64,000 bases of DNA from an uncultured virus (IMG/VR IMGVR_UViG_3300049982_000206) (taxonomy: Duplodnaviria > Heunggongvirae > Uroviricota > Caudoviricetes). Under the pieces are notes generated by a model that saw only the letters and a list, made by a program, of their open reading frames with translations, ran no database searches and was not told where the DNA came from. Below are positions 18,126 through 26,887 of this stretch, in pieces. The first letter of the stretch is position 1. Each line of letters starts with the position of its first letter. Position numbers and translations under genes: made by a program. Location of the stretch: IMG/VR virus record IMGVR_UViG_3300049982_000206; one strand, written 5' to 3'.

Positions 18126-20720
18126 ATGTCCACACCAACGCTCGCGTTCAAGAGCGCCGTCCTCGCTCCGGACAAGGCCGCCGAACTCGTCATCGCCGAG
18201 GCCGAGAGCATCGTCGGGGGCGTAGCGGCCTTTGAGGGCGACGGGATCGTGACCGCGATCGTCTCGGTCACGGGCGTGGTCGATGAGGTCGACGACATCA
18301 TCGAGCCCGGAGCGTACGCCGCAACCCTGTTGAAGCGTCTGCCCAAGGTCTGCTGGCACCACTCGTGGGAGCACCCGATCGGCAAGGTGCTTTGGATCGA
18401 GGAGCTGCTGCCCGGCGACCCGCGGCTCCCCGCGAAGACCCGCGATGGTCAGCCGTGGCCGGCCGAAGCTGGCGCCCTGGTCGCGAAGATGCAGATGAAC
18501 ATGGCGTCCGAGCGTGGCCGCGAGGCCTACTCGGCGATCAAGTTCTACTCCGAGAGCGGCGAGTGCGAGTACTCGATCGGCTACAAGGTCCCCTCGGGCA
18601 AGTCGACTCGCGACAGCAAGGGCATCCGCCGCATCAAGGAGATGGACCTGTTCGAGCTGTCCTTCGTGCTGTTCGGTGCCCACACCATGACGGGCACCCT
18701 CGCGTTGAAGGCTGCTGTCAGCTTGATGAACAAGGCCAACCACGGGACCGTCACGATCAGCAAGAAGGCGATCGACGACGAGTTCGAGCGGCTGATGGCC
18801 GATGTCGACTTCGACGAACTCGCCGATGAAGACGAGCTGCAGCCCACGTCCGACGAACCGGGTCAGGTCGTTCAGGACGAGCAGGGAGTCCTCGAGATCG
18901 AGGACGACGAGGACGACGAGGAAGCCGAGCTGCATCGCGCGGCTCTGGAGGATCCCACCTTCGAAATGGCGGAAGGTCGCCAGGGCAAGAACTACGCCTC
19001 GGACGCCGACACCGACATCACCGACACCTGCAAGGGATGCGGTGACGACGTCGTATTCGACAGCATGAACGGCTGGATGCGCGAGGACGGGTCGTACGGC
19101 CACGAAGACGGCACCACGCACTCCGACCACCTGCCGCCGCCGCCCGAGTTCAAGGCTGAGGGAGGCGCCGACCGCAACCGAGGCGGAGCCGCGAACCTGC
19201 GCCGCTGGTACGTGGCAGGCGCAGACGGCCAGATCGCGTGGGGTAGCAAGGGTGACTTCGATCAGTGCGTTGCGGTCGCGAGCCGACACATGGCCCCCGA
19301 GCGCGCCAAGGGGTATTGCAACCTTCGGCACCAGGACGCAGTCGGTGCTCCCCCGGGCCAGGGCCACCCGGAAGGAAAGGCCGCAACGTACGACCAGCCC
19401 GAGACCACCGCTCCGGACAAGGACCCTGTGACCGGCCCGGATCAGGCCAAGCACACCGGCGTAATGGTTGCCCTGTTCCCTGGCCCAGAGGCGGCGAAGA
19501 AGATCGCCGTACGAGGCGGCGAGGCGCCCGAGGATCTGCACGTCACCCTCGTCTACCTCGGCGACGTATTCGACGCAGCGGGCGAAGGGCTCACCCTCGG
19601 CTCCGCCACGAGCCAGATCGTCGCCGCGGCACAAGCGGCAGCGGCGACCACCAAGCCGCTGAGCGGAACCGTCGGCGGCCTCGGCAAGTTCCCCGACTTC
19701 GGCAACGGCGTACCCGTCTGGTCCCCCGTGGACGTCGTCGGGCTCACCGCTGCACGCGAGGCAGTCGTCGACGCCTTGCAGGCAGCCGGCCTGCCAGTCA
19801 AGACCGACCACGGCTTCACGCCACACATGACGCTCGGCTACAACCTCGATCTCAACCTCATCCCCGACACAGACCCCGTACCGGTCGAGTTCACGCACCT
19901 CGTGGTCGCAATCGGCGGAACCCACACACGCATCCCGCTCGGCGACGACCTCGGAGCAGATGCCTCGGGTGCGGCCATCGCAGGCACACCCACGCAGCCC
20001 GAGCAGGACGACCCCATGGAGAAGGGCTATGACCCGATGATCGAGACCGGACCGCACGCCGGGCACAAGGCCGCCGTACCGGCTGAGGTAGCAAAGGCGT
20101 TCCCTCGACTTCCGGGCACCTTGGAGGAGCGCACGCAGGCACTGAGCGGCGCGCTCGACGAGGCGCTCCTGGGGAACTTCGACGACGACGCTCGCAAAGA
20201 GCGGTACGTCAACATCGACGGCACCTGGATGGACCGCGTCATCTGCACGCTGAACCACTGGTCCTCGAACAGCAACGACAGCTGCCAGTCCTACGAGTTC
20301 CCGTACACCATCAGCGAGGACGGCACGGTCTCCCTCGGCGAACCGTCACCGGTCAAGCTCACTCTCACCGCGGAACTCGACGGCGACGAGGTGGACGACG
20401 TGCCGGCCGGGGACCTGATGCCGCTGGTCGAACGCATCAACGACGTGATCCACGGCCTCAAGACTCTCGGTCCCGTCGAGATCAAGGCAGGCCGGGTGCT
20501 GTCCGCTTCGATCGCGGCACGCCTCAAGAGTGCTGCCGAGCACCTGGTCAGCGTGCTGAAGGCCGGCGGCATCGATATCACCCTTCCCGCTGAAGAGACC
20601 GTCGCTCCTGTCGTCGAAACCGAGACGACCGCGCCGTCCGCTCACGGCAAGTCCGCCAACCTCAACCCATCCGATGTGGCAGCGCTCCTCGCTGACATCG
20701 AGACCATCACCGCGGAGTAG
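18126..20720 (+). CDS. HK97-family prohead protease fused to 2H phosphoesterase and other modules
   Basis: DIIEPGAY, WHH..PIG, YSIGY, LFELSFVLFGA; paired HxT motifs LHVTL and PHMTL. Confidence 0.88.
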   Translation: MSTPTLAFKSAVLAPDKAAELVIAEAESIVGGVAAFEGDGIVTAIVSVTGVVDEVDDIIEPGAYAATLLKRLPKVCWHHSWEHPIGKVLWIEELLPGDPRLPAKTRDGQPWPAEAGALVAKMQMNMASERGREAYSAIKFYSESGECEYSIGYKVPSGKSTRDSKGIRRIKEMDLFELSFVLFGAHTMTGTLALKAAVSLMNKANHGTVTISKKAIDDEFERLMADVDFDELADEDELQPTSDEPGQVVQDEQGVLEIEDDEDDEEAELHRAALEDPTFEMAEGRQGKNYASDADTDITDTCKGCGDDVVFDSMNGWMREDGSYGHEDGTTHSDHLPPPPEFKAEGGADRNRGGAANLRRWYVAGADGQIAWGSKGDFDQCVAVASRHMAPERAKGYCNLRHQDAVGAPPGQGHPEGKAATYDQPETTAPDKDPVTGPDQAKHTGVMVALFPGPEAAKKIAVRGGEAPEDLHVTLVYLGDVFDAAGEGLTLGSATSQIVAAAQAAAATTKPLSGTVGGLGKFPDFGNGVPVWSPVDVVGLTAAREAVVDALQAAGLPVKTDHGFTPHMTLGYNLDLNLIPDTDPVPVEFTHLVVAIGGTHTRIPLGDDLGADASGAAIAGTPTQPEQDDPMEKGYDPMIETGPHAGHKAAVPAEVAKAFPRLPGTLEERTQALSGALDEALLGNFDDDARKERYVNIDGTWMDRVICTLNHWSSNSNDSCQSYEFPYTISEDGTVSLGEPSPVKLTLTAELDGDEVDDVPAGDLMPLVERINDVIHGLKTLGPVEIKAGRVLSASIAARLKSAAEHLVSVLKAGGIDITLPAEETVAPVVETETTAPSAHGKSANLNPSDVAALLADIETITAE

Positions 20721-20723
20721 ACC

Positions 20724-21044
20724 ATGCAGCCGATCGACATCGACAACGTGTTCAGCTACCACCCGCCGACCGGTCCGGCGCAGGTCGAGACCTACGAGGA
20801 CATTCGTACGTCGGGCCGGCAGTTCGCACACATCATTGACGAGATGGTCCCGGACGGGGCGGAGAAGACGCTCGCAATCCGGAAGCTCCAGGAAGCGGTG
20901 ATGTGGGCCAACGCCGGAATCGCCTGCGCACCGCACGACGTTGGCGGAGCGCCAGCGCCTGGACCCGGTGAGATCGGGGACGAGACCGAGCAGTCAGAGC
21001 CGTACGCGGGCGGGGCGTTCGGCGACAACGTCCTCCCCTGCTGA
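20724..21044 (+). CDS. Acb2/Tad1-hairpin-like small protein
   Basis: FSYHPP...YEDIR...VPDGAEKTLAIRKLQEAVMWANAGIA. Confidence 0.65.
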   Translation: MQPIDIDNVFSYHPPTGPAQVETYEDIRTSGRQFAHIIDEMVPDGAEKTLAIRKLQEAVMWANAGIACAPHDVGGAPAPGPGEIGDETEQSEPYAGGAFGDNVLPC

Positions 21045-21046
21045 CC

Positions 21047-21547
21047 ATGGAACCCGTCTACGAGCCCATCCAAGGGCAGTATGGCAAGGCTGATCCAGTC
21101 CACGTACCTGCACTGCCTTCCGCTGCTGAGACCGTGTGCATCTGGCTTGTGACCGCACCGGGCTACCACCCGCTGTGGTCGCAGTACCTCATGGTGGTGC
21201 TCAGGCTCAGGGACGATCAGCCGGGGTTTCCGCCGGCACGCCACAAGTTCGAGGGCACCACCCACGAGCTGATCGTGCTGGCGCTGAATCCAGAAGCTGG
21301 CGAGCAGACCGTCGAGCGGCTCGACAGCCTCTACGCGTCCGGCAGTGGACCTGCCTACCTGCTGGGGCCGAACGTGTCCGAGCAGTTCATCGCGACCGAT
21401 GAAGAGATGCGGGGCGTCGCATTTCTGTGTGTGCGGGCCATCCTGCAAGGCCTACTGAACCCTGATACCGACGGCCGATCGGCGTGGCTTCCGGCCATCA
21501 CGAAGACCCTCGCACACCTGCGAGGAGAGCTGCACTCGGCCACCTGA
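21047..21547 (+). CDS. hypothetical protein
   Basis: ORF in operon. Confidence 0.65.
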   Translation: MEPVYEPIQGQYGKADPVHVPALPSAAETVCIWLVTAPGYHPLWSQYLMVVLRLRDDQPGFPPARHKFEGTTHELIVLALNPEAGEQTVERLDSLYASGSGPAYLLGPNVSEQFIATDEEMRGVAFLCVRAILQGLLNPDTDGRSAWLPAITKTLAHLRGELHSAT

Positions 21548-21573
21548 AACTCGTCCGAAAAAAGGTGCTCGCT

Positions 21574-21607
21574 CGACGCGACACTAACTATCCAGCCCTG
21601 ATCGACT
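21574..21607 (+). promoter_or_regulatory. phage promoter motif (capsid)
   Basis: CGACGCGACACTAAC-N13-TCGACT. Confidence 0.75.
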
Positions 21608-21756
21608 AGGGCACACAGCGACTCCGAGGTCGTCCCGGTGCTGACCGGGCGAACGGATAGCGAACCAGCCGCTTTCTGACGCGGCGCTTCGGCCGTGCAC
21701 GCCGCACGGCACATCCGCAACGCCCACATTCCACCCATTCACCGGGGAGCACCATC

Positions 21757-23097
21757 ATGACCACCACCACCGTGGACCAGTCGCGCGTCCGTGAGCTGAA
21801 GAAGCACCTTGCCGCGAAGGGCGAGGAGATCAAGAACCTCGCCGGTTCGTGGAAGACCGAGGAGGGCGGCGAGTTCGTCATCTCCACGGCCGAGAAGAAG
21901 AACTACCTGGACGCCGTCCAGGCCGCCGAGGAGATCAAGAACCTGATCGTCGCCGAGCAGACCGCCGGTGGCATCTTCGAGTTCCTGGAGCAGGCCGAGG
22001 GTAAGTCGGCCGCGGCCGGCGACGCCGCCGACGTCCACCGCGGCGGCGAGCTGAAGAGCGTCAGCGCCGAGTTCCTCGGCTCCGACTTCTACCTGGAGGC
22101 CAAGGCGCGCGGCTTCAAGGGCCAGCCGCTCATGGGCGGCTTCAACATCGAGCGTGGCCTGCCGGACCTCGCGTACGCGTCCCAGAAGGACGTCTACAGC
22201 GCCATGGGCGGCACGGTTTCCATCCCGACGCTCGGCGCCGCGCAGAACCTCGGCCTGACCGAGCGCATGCTGCGCCCGGGGCGCGTCCGGGACCTGTTCC
22301 CGGTCGAGCGGACCTCCGCCGCCATGCTCTACGGCATGGTCGAGACCGGCTACCAGAACCGGGCTCGCGTCGTCGCCGAGCGGACCGCCGCCGACGGCGG
22401 ACCGGCCACCGGCCTCCCGACCGACGTCTACGGCCTCAAGCCGAAGAGCGAGCTGACCATCGTCAGCAAGACGTACCCGATCGCGACCATCGCGCACATC
22501 ATGTACGTCCACAAGAACACCCTGGACGACGAGCCGCGCATGCGCGGCATCCTCGACCGGGACATGGTCGACGGCGTCAAGATGGCCGAGGACGACCAGA
22601 TCCTGTGGGGTGACGGCGTCGGCGACAACCTGACCGGCCTGATGAACACCAGCGGCGTCCAGGAGTACGACGGCCTGACCAGCGACCGTCTGAGCGCCCA
22701 GATCCGCCGCGCCGCGACCCGCTCGGTCCTGGCGTACTTCCAGCCGAACGGCGTGGTCATCCACCCCTTCGACTGGGAGAAGCTGGAGCTGGAGCAGGAC
22801 AAGAACGGCGCCTACACCATCGCAGTGTCGGTCGCCGTCGGTGGCGAGAAGCGCGTCTGGCGCATGAAGGTCACCGACACCCCGTCGATGAACGAGGGCA
22901 TGGGCCTGCTGGGTTCCTTCGGTACCGGCGCCAAGCTGTACGACCGCGAGCAGGTCAACGTCCAGATCTCCACGGAGAACCGCGACATGTTCGAGCGCAA
23001 CGCCTACACGCTGCGCGCCGAGGAGCGCCTCGGTCTGGTCGTCGACCGGCCGGAGTCCTTCGTCGCCATCAACTTCGCCGACTACGTCGAGGCGTAG
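21757..23097 (+). CDS. major capsid protein (HK97 fold)
   Basis: Strongly biased codons; KPKSEL, TIAH, EDDQILWGDG, LRAEERLGLVVDRPESF. Confidence 0.95.
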   Translation: MTTTTVDQSRVRELKKHLAAKGEEIKNLAGSWKTEEGGEFVISTAEKKNYLDAVQAAEEIKNLIVAEQTAGGIFEFLEQAEGKSAAAGDAADVHRGGELKSVSAEFLGSDFYLEAKARGFKGQPLMGGFNIERGLPDLAYASQKDVYSAMGGTVSIPTLGAAQNLGLTERMLRPGRVRDLFPVERTSAAMLYGMVETGYQNRARVVAERTAADGGPATGLPTDVYGLKPKSELTIVSKTYPIATIAHIMYVHKNTLDDEPRMRGILDRDMVDGVKMAEDDQILWGDGVGDNLTGLMNTSGVQEYDGLTSDRLSAQIRRAATRSVLAYFQPNGVVIHPFDWEKLELEQDKNGAYTIAVSVAVGGEKRVWRMKVTDTPSMNEGMGLLGSFGTGAKLYDREQVNVQISTENRDMFERNAYTLRAEERLGLVVDRPESFVAINFADYVEA

Positions 23098-23104
23098 CCA
23101 CACG

Positions 23105-23139
23105 GCCGGTGCCCCAGGCAACCACCTAGGGCACCGGCC
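23105..23139 (+). terminator. stem-loop after capsid gene
   Basis: GGCCGGTGCCC...GGGCACCGGCC. Confidence 0.65.
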
Positions 23140-23184
23140 CCACCCGTGTGAACCAGACCAGGCAGCACGCCGAAGGGAAGAACT

Positions 23185-23910
23185 GTGACCACTGCCAAGA
23201 AGGCTGCGGCTCCGGCGAAGAAGGCCGCGGCCAGCGCCGCGAAGAGCGACGCCGAGAAGACCAGCGAGAGCACCACCACGACCGCTGCCCCCAGCGGCCC
23301 GGACACCACCCCGACGCCGAGCGACGAGCAGAGCACGCCGGTGGCTCCCGACGGCGAGCAGAACGACGGCACGGACGAGGCGACCACGGACGAGGCGTCC
23401 ACGGAGACCGTGGACAACGGGTCGACCGACGCCGCGAGCACGGCTGTCGAAACCGGCCCGCAGACGGGCAAGCCGTCGGCGCCCGAGACAACTTCTCGGC
23501 CGCCCGCGACGATCGTCAACGAAACGCCCGGCGCTGCTCCGCTGTCTCCGCCGGCCGACCACGGCACCCAGCGTGAGCCGGCGCTCGGGTACCCGTCGTC
23601 CTCGACCGACCAGACGTACGCCGAGGTCGGCGGGCGCACGATCGCCGGAGAGAACCACGTTGCCCTGGTCGACCGCGACAACAACCCGGTCGACGTCAGC
23701 ACGCTGTTCCGGGAGGAGGGGGCCCGCTTCACGCACGTCGTTGCCACGCAGCGCGTGTACGAGCGGTTCACCTACCCGAACAGCAAGCGGGCCGACAAGC
23801 GCCTGATCTTCCCCGAGGGCGCGCTCGTTCCGCGCGCTCAGGCGGCGCGGATCAAGGCGGCTGCTGTCAACGATGCCGAGGTCGCTGCCGCGGCTTCGGA
23901 CTCGGAGTAG
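23185..23910 (+). CDS. hypothetical protein with low-complexity N-terminus
   Basis: RBS and codon bias. Confidence 0.7.
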   Translation: MTTAKKAAAPAKKAAASAAKSDAEKTSESTTTTAAPSGPDTTPTPSDEQSTPVAPDGEQNDGTDEATTDEASTETVDNGSTDAASTAVETGPQTGKPSAPETTSRPPATIVNETPGAAPLSPPADHGTQREPALGYPSSSTDQTYAEVGGRTIAGENHVALVDRDNNPVDVSTLFREEGARFTHVVATQRVYERFTYPNSKRADKRLIFPEGALVPRAQAARIKAAAVNDAEVAAAASDSE

Positions 23911-23919
23911 CAGCCACAT

Positions 23920-23960
23920 CAGTGCCGCGGCTCGCTTTCAGGGGGCGGGTCGCGGCACTG
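23920..23960 (+). terminator. stem-loop
   Basis: CAGTGCCGCGGCTCGC...GCGGGTCGCGGCACTG. Confidence 0.6.
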
Positions 23961-23985
23961 TCCGGTAGAGAGAAGGTGCCTCGCA

Positions 23986-24825
23986 ATGCTCGTCAACCTG
24001 CCTGCCGGAGCGATCCCCGCCCACGTGGAGATGTACCGGACGGAGGACCGTGACACGACACCCACAGTCCTTCCCCTCACGTCCCTCGGAGACGGACGGT
24101 GGACCGCTGACACCACAGGCCTCACCAGCCGCTGGTACCCGACAGTGCAATACACCTACGAGGCCACCGAGTATCGGCAGACCCTTCCGTACGTCGACCT
24201 GCCAGAAGTCCCAGACCTGGTCGTCTCGCCGGAGAAGCTGGCAAAGAAGGCACGCATCCCGCTCCCCCTCAGCGAGGACGACCGTGAGCTGATCATCGAG
24301 TGCATCCGCGACGCACAGGCTGACGTCATTGCGTACCTCGGCCGGCAGATCATGCCCACCGCGTTCATCGAGAACGAGCGGTACGACGTCGGCGGCCACT
24401 GGAACCTCACTCCTCTCGACGAGCCGGTCATCGACGTCACCTCCGCCGTACCGGAGATGTCGAGCGGCCAGCCGACCGGCTACTTCACGATCACCTACGT
24501 GGCCGGGCTGAACGCCAAGGATGACCCGGCGCTCAGTCCGATCCGCCGGTACGTCACCGCCCACGCGATGAACTCACCAGAGTTCGTGCAGTTGTGGAAG
24601 ACCGTCACCAAGACCAAGGGCGACATCAAGTCCGTCACCACCGAGGGCCAGTCGATCTCGTACGACAAGGTCTCGCTCGGCGGAGGAGGCAAAGGCCAGC
24701 CCGGTGACCTGCCGGACAAGTCGAGCCTCGACTACTGGCGTCTCGCAGGGCGTCGGGTCTTCCAGCGCCGTACCGCGTACCGAGAGCCCTGGCCGTACAC
24801 CGGGTACTCCGGGAGGACTTGGTGA
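23986..24825 (+). CDS. head-to-tail adaptor-like protein
   Basis: IRDAQADVIAYLGR, ITYVAGL, KSVTTEGQSISY; synteny. Confidence 0.7.
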   Translation: MLVNLPAGAIPAHVEMYRTEDRDTTPTVLPLTSLGDGRWTADTTGLTSRWYPTVQYTYEATEYRQTLPYVDLPEVPDLVVSPEKLAKKARIPLPLSEDDRELIIECIRDAQADVIAYLGRQIMPTAFIENERYDVGGHWNLTPLDEPVIDVTSAVPEMSSGQPTGYFTITYVAGLNAKDDPALSPIRRYVTAHAMNSPEFVQLWKTVTKTKGDIKSVTTEGQSISYDKVSLGGGGKGQPGDLPDKSSLDYWRLAGRRVFQRRTAYREPWPYTGYSGRTW

Positions 24826-25325
24826 GCGTCCTTCTGCCCAACACGACTCTGGGTGTGCGTCGAAGGTTTGACGCGACCCAGGATGCCCACGGCGACGACC
24901 TGCCCACCGGCTGGGGATCGCTCGAAGGCCCACAGCCGGGCTACCAAAACGAGCAATCGGACTCGACCTGGGTGCTCGGACTCGACCCGACACTGTGGCC
25001 GGTACGGCAGAACGACATGGTCATCGCAGGCGGCACGGGCGCCGCCTGGCTTGTCATGACCGCGGACCTCATCAAACACCCCATTGACTCGACGGTCGAC
25101 TGGATCCGGATCACCGCCAACCAGCGATCTGGGGGCGGGACCGAACCGGGCGGTGCGTGGTTCGTCAACCGCCACAACCCCGACGTCGGTCCGGACCCGT
25201 ACCGCGGTGAGGCCGCAGTCTTCACCGGCCACGGCCCGCCGCCTTCCGATCCATCCACGATCGGCGCCGTCGCAGGAGACGAGTACCTCGACCTCGATAC
25301 CGGCGTCATCTACGGGCTCACGTGA
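24822..25325 (+). CDS. head closure/stopper-like protein
   Basis: DAHGDD..W motif; synteny. Confidence 0.55.
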   Translation: MSVLLPNTTLGVRRRFDATQDAHGDDLPTGWGSLEGPQPGYQNEQSDSTWVLGLDPTLWPVRQNDMVIAGGTGAAWLVMTADLIKHPIDSTVDWIRITANQRSGGGTEPGGAWFVNRHNPDVGPDPYRGEAAVFTGHGPPPSDPSTIGAVAGDEYLDLDTGVIYGLT

Positions 25326-25338
25326 GGAGACGCCAACT

Positions 25339-25584
25339 ATGAGCTGGACACCACTCGGCAGCGTCAGGGGACCCGCCGGGCCGCCCGGGACCGGCGGCGC
25401 GTACGTGCACCACCAGACCGCACCAGCGGGGACCTGGACCGCCGTACACGGCTTCGAGCGGATCCCGCACTCGGTCGTCTTCCTTGTAGACGGGCAACAG
25501 GTTTTCACCGACTACACCGCCGACGAGACGTACGTCGTAGCCGAATTCCCGTCCCCCACCACAGGCGAAATCCACATCCTCTGA
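25339..25584 (+). CDS. small virion protein
   Basis: GAGGAG RBS; GPAGPPG; WTAVHG..P. Confidence 0.65.
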   Translation: MSWTPLGSVRGPAGPPGTGGAYVHHQTAPAGTWTAVHGFERIPHSVVFLVDGQQVFTDYTADETYVVAEFPSPTTGEIHIL

Positions 25585-25597
25585 TCGGAGTAAGACC

Positions 25598-26392
25598 ATG
25601 GCCACACCCTTCCTGAAAGGCGTCGACCTTCGCGGTCAGCGTGCCGTCGGTGCCGCGGACGGATCTGCGGCCACTGACCTGGTCACCCTTCAGCAGTTGC
25701 AGGCGGCAATTCGCGGCATCGACTGGAAAGACTCTGTGCGCGCGGCCAGTACCGGCAACCTCAACCTTGCCGCTCCAGGTGCCACGATCGACGGTGTAGC
25801 AATGGCTGTCGGCAACCGGTTCCTCGCGAAGGACCAGACAACCGCCAGCCAAAACGGCATCTACGTCTGGAACGGCGCCGCCACCGCCGCCACCCGGGCC
25901 GCCGACGCCGATGCGAACGTCGAGGTGACCGCCGGCATGGCCGTCACCTCAACCGAAGGTACGACCAACGTCGACAAGGCGTGGATCCTGACCACGAACG
26001 ACGCCATCGTGATCGACACGACCGCTCTGGCGTTCACACAGCTCGGCGGCGCGAGTACGCCGTACACGAACGGCAACGGCCTGTCGCTGATCGGACAGAC
26101 GTTTGCTGTGGTCCCCGACACCGGCATCCTCGTTACCGCCAGCGGCGTGAAGGTCGACCCGTCGATCGTCGCCCGCAACTACGCTGCTGACTGCGCTGCC
26201 ACCACCAACCCGCAGGTCTTCACCCACGGCCTCGGCAAAGACGACGTCATCGTCGCCGTGAAGGAAGCAGCGACCGGACAGATCGTCTACCCCGACGTGA
26301 TCCTGCCGCCGATCGCCGCCGCTGGAACGTTCTCGGTCGACTGGGGATCAGCTCCGACCGCCGGGCAGTACCGCGTCATCGCCAAGGGCTGA
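25598..26392 (+). CDS. fibre/decoration-like virion protein
   Basis: WKDSVRAAST...TIDGV...KDQTTASQNGIYV fibre-type domain. Confidence 0.7.
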   Translation: MATPFLKGVDLRGQRAVGAADGSAATDLVTLQQLQAAIRGIDWKDSVRAASTGNLNLAAPGATIDGVAMAVGNRFLAKDQTTASQNGIYVWNGAATAATRAADADANVEVTAGMAVTSTEGTTNVDKAWILTTNDAIVIDTTALAFTQLGGASTPYTNGNGLSLIGQTFAVVPDTGILVTASGVKVDPSIVARNYAADCAATTNPQVFTHGLGKDDVIVAVKEAATGQIVYPDVILPPIAAAGTFSVDWGSAPTAGQYRVIAKG

Positions 26393-26395
26393 CCG

Positions 26396-26887
26396 GTGGG
26401 GCTACTGGCGCGGATCGGGTTCGGTTCGCGGGAGATCGCCACACCGGCGACCCCCGCGTCCGGATCACGCCTGCTCTATCCGAAGACCTCCGGCTGGTAC
26501 GAGAAGGACTCAGCCGGAGTCGAGCGACTGCTGACGCACGCCATCGAGCCCTACATCTTCGCCGTCACCGGCCCTCTCGCAGCCGCCACCGGCAAGTCCC
26601 GGGTCTACCTCGAAGGCAGCTACCTAGTCGAAACAGTCCGGGCATCCGTCAACACATCCCCCGCCGGATCGGCAATCACCGTCGACGTCAACAAGAACGG
26701 TACGACGATCTACACCACTCAGTCGGCGCGACCATCTATTGCCGCCGCCGCGAACAGTGCCACCGGGAACAGCCCCGCGATCGCGAACTTCGATGCTGGC
26801 GACTACATGACCGTCGACATCGATACCGTCGGATCAAGCGACCCTGGCGCTGACCTCACCGTCGTCGTACGGCTCCGGAAGATCTGA
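26396..26887 (+). CDS. virion structural protein
   Basis: TVDVNKNGTTI...TVDIDTVGS beta domain. Confidence 0.65.
   Translation: MGLLARIGFGSREIATPATPASGSRLLYPKTSGWYEKDSAGVERLLTHAIEPYIFAVTGPLAAATGKSRVYLEGSYLVETVRASVNTSPAGSAITVDVNKNGTTIYTTQSARPSIAAAANSATGNSPAIANFDAGDYMTVDIDTVGSSDPGADLTVVVRLRKI

Noticed and set aside
18063..23919. Long minus-strand ORFs (18063-20258, 21739-23919) and similar shadow ORFs elsewhere
   Set aside because: Antisense shadows of strongly codon-biased high-GC genes; no RBS or protein motifs
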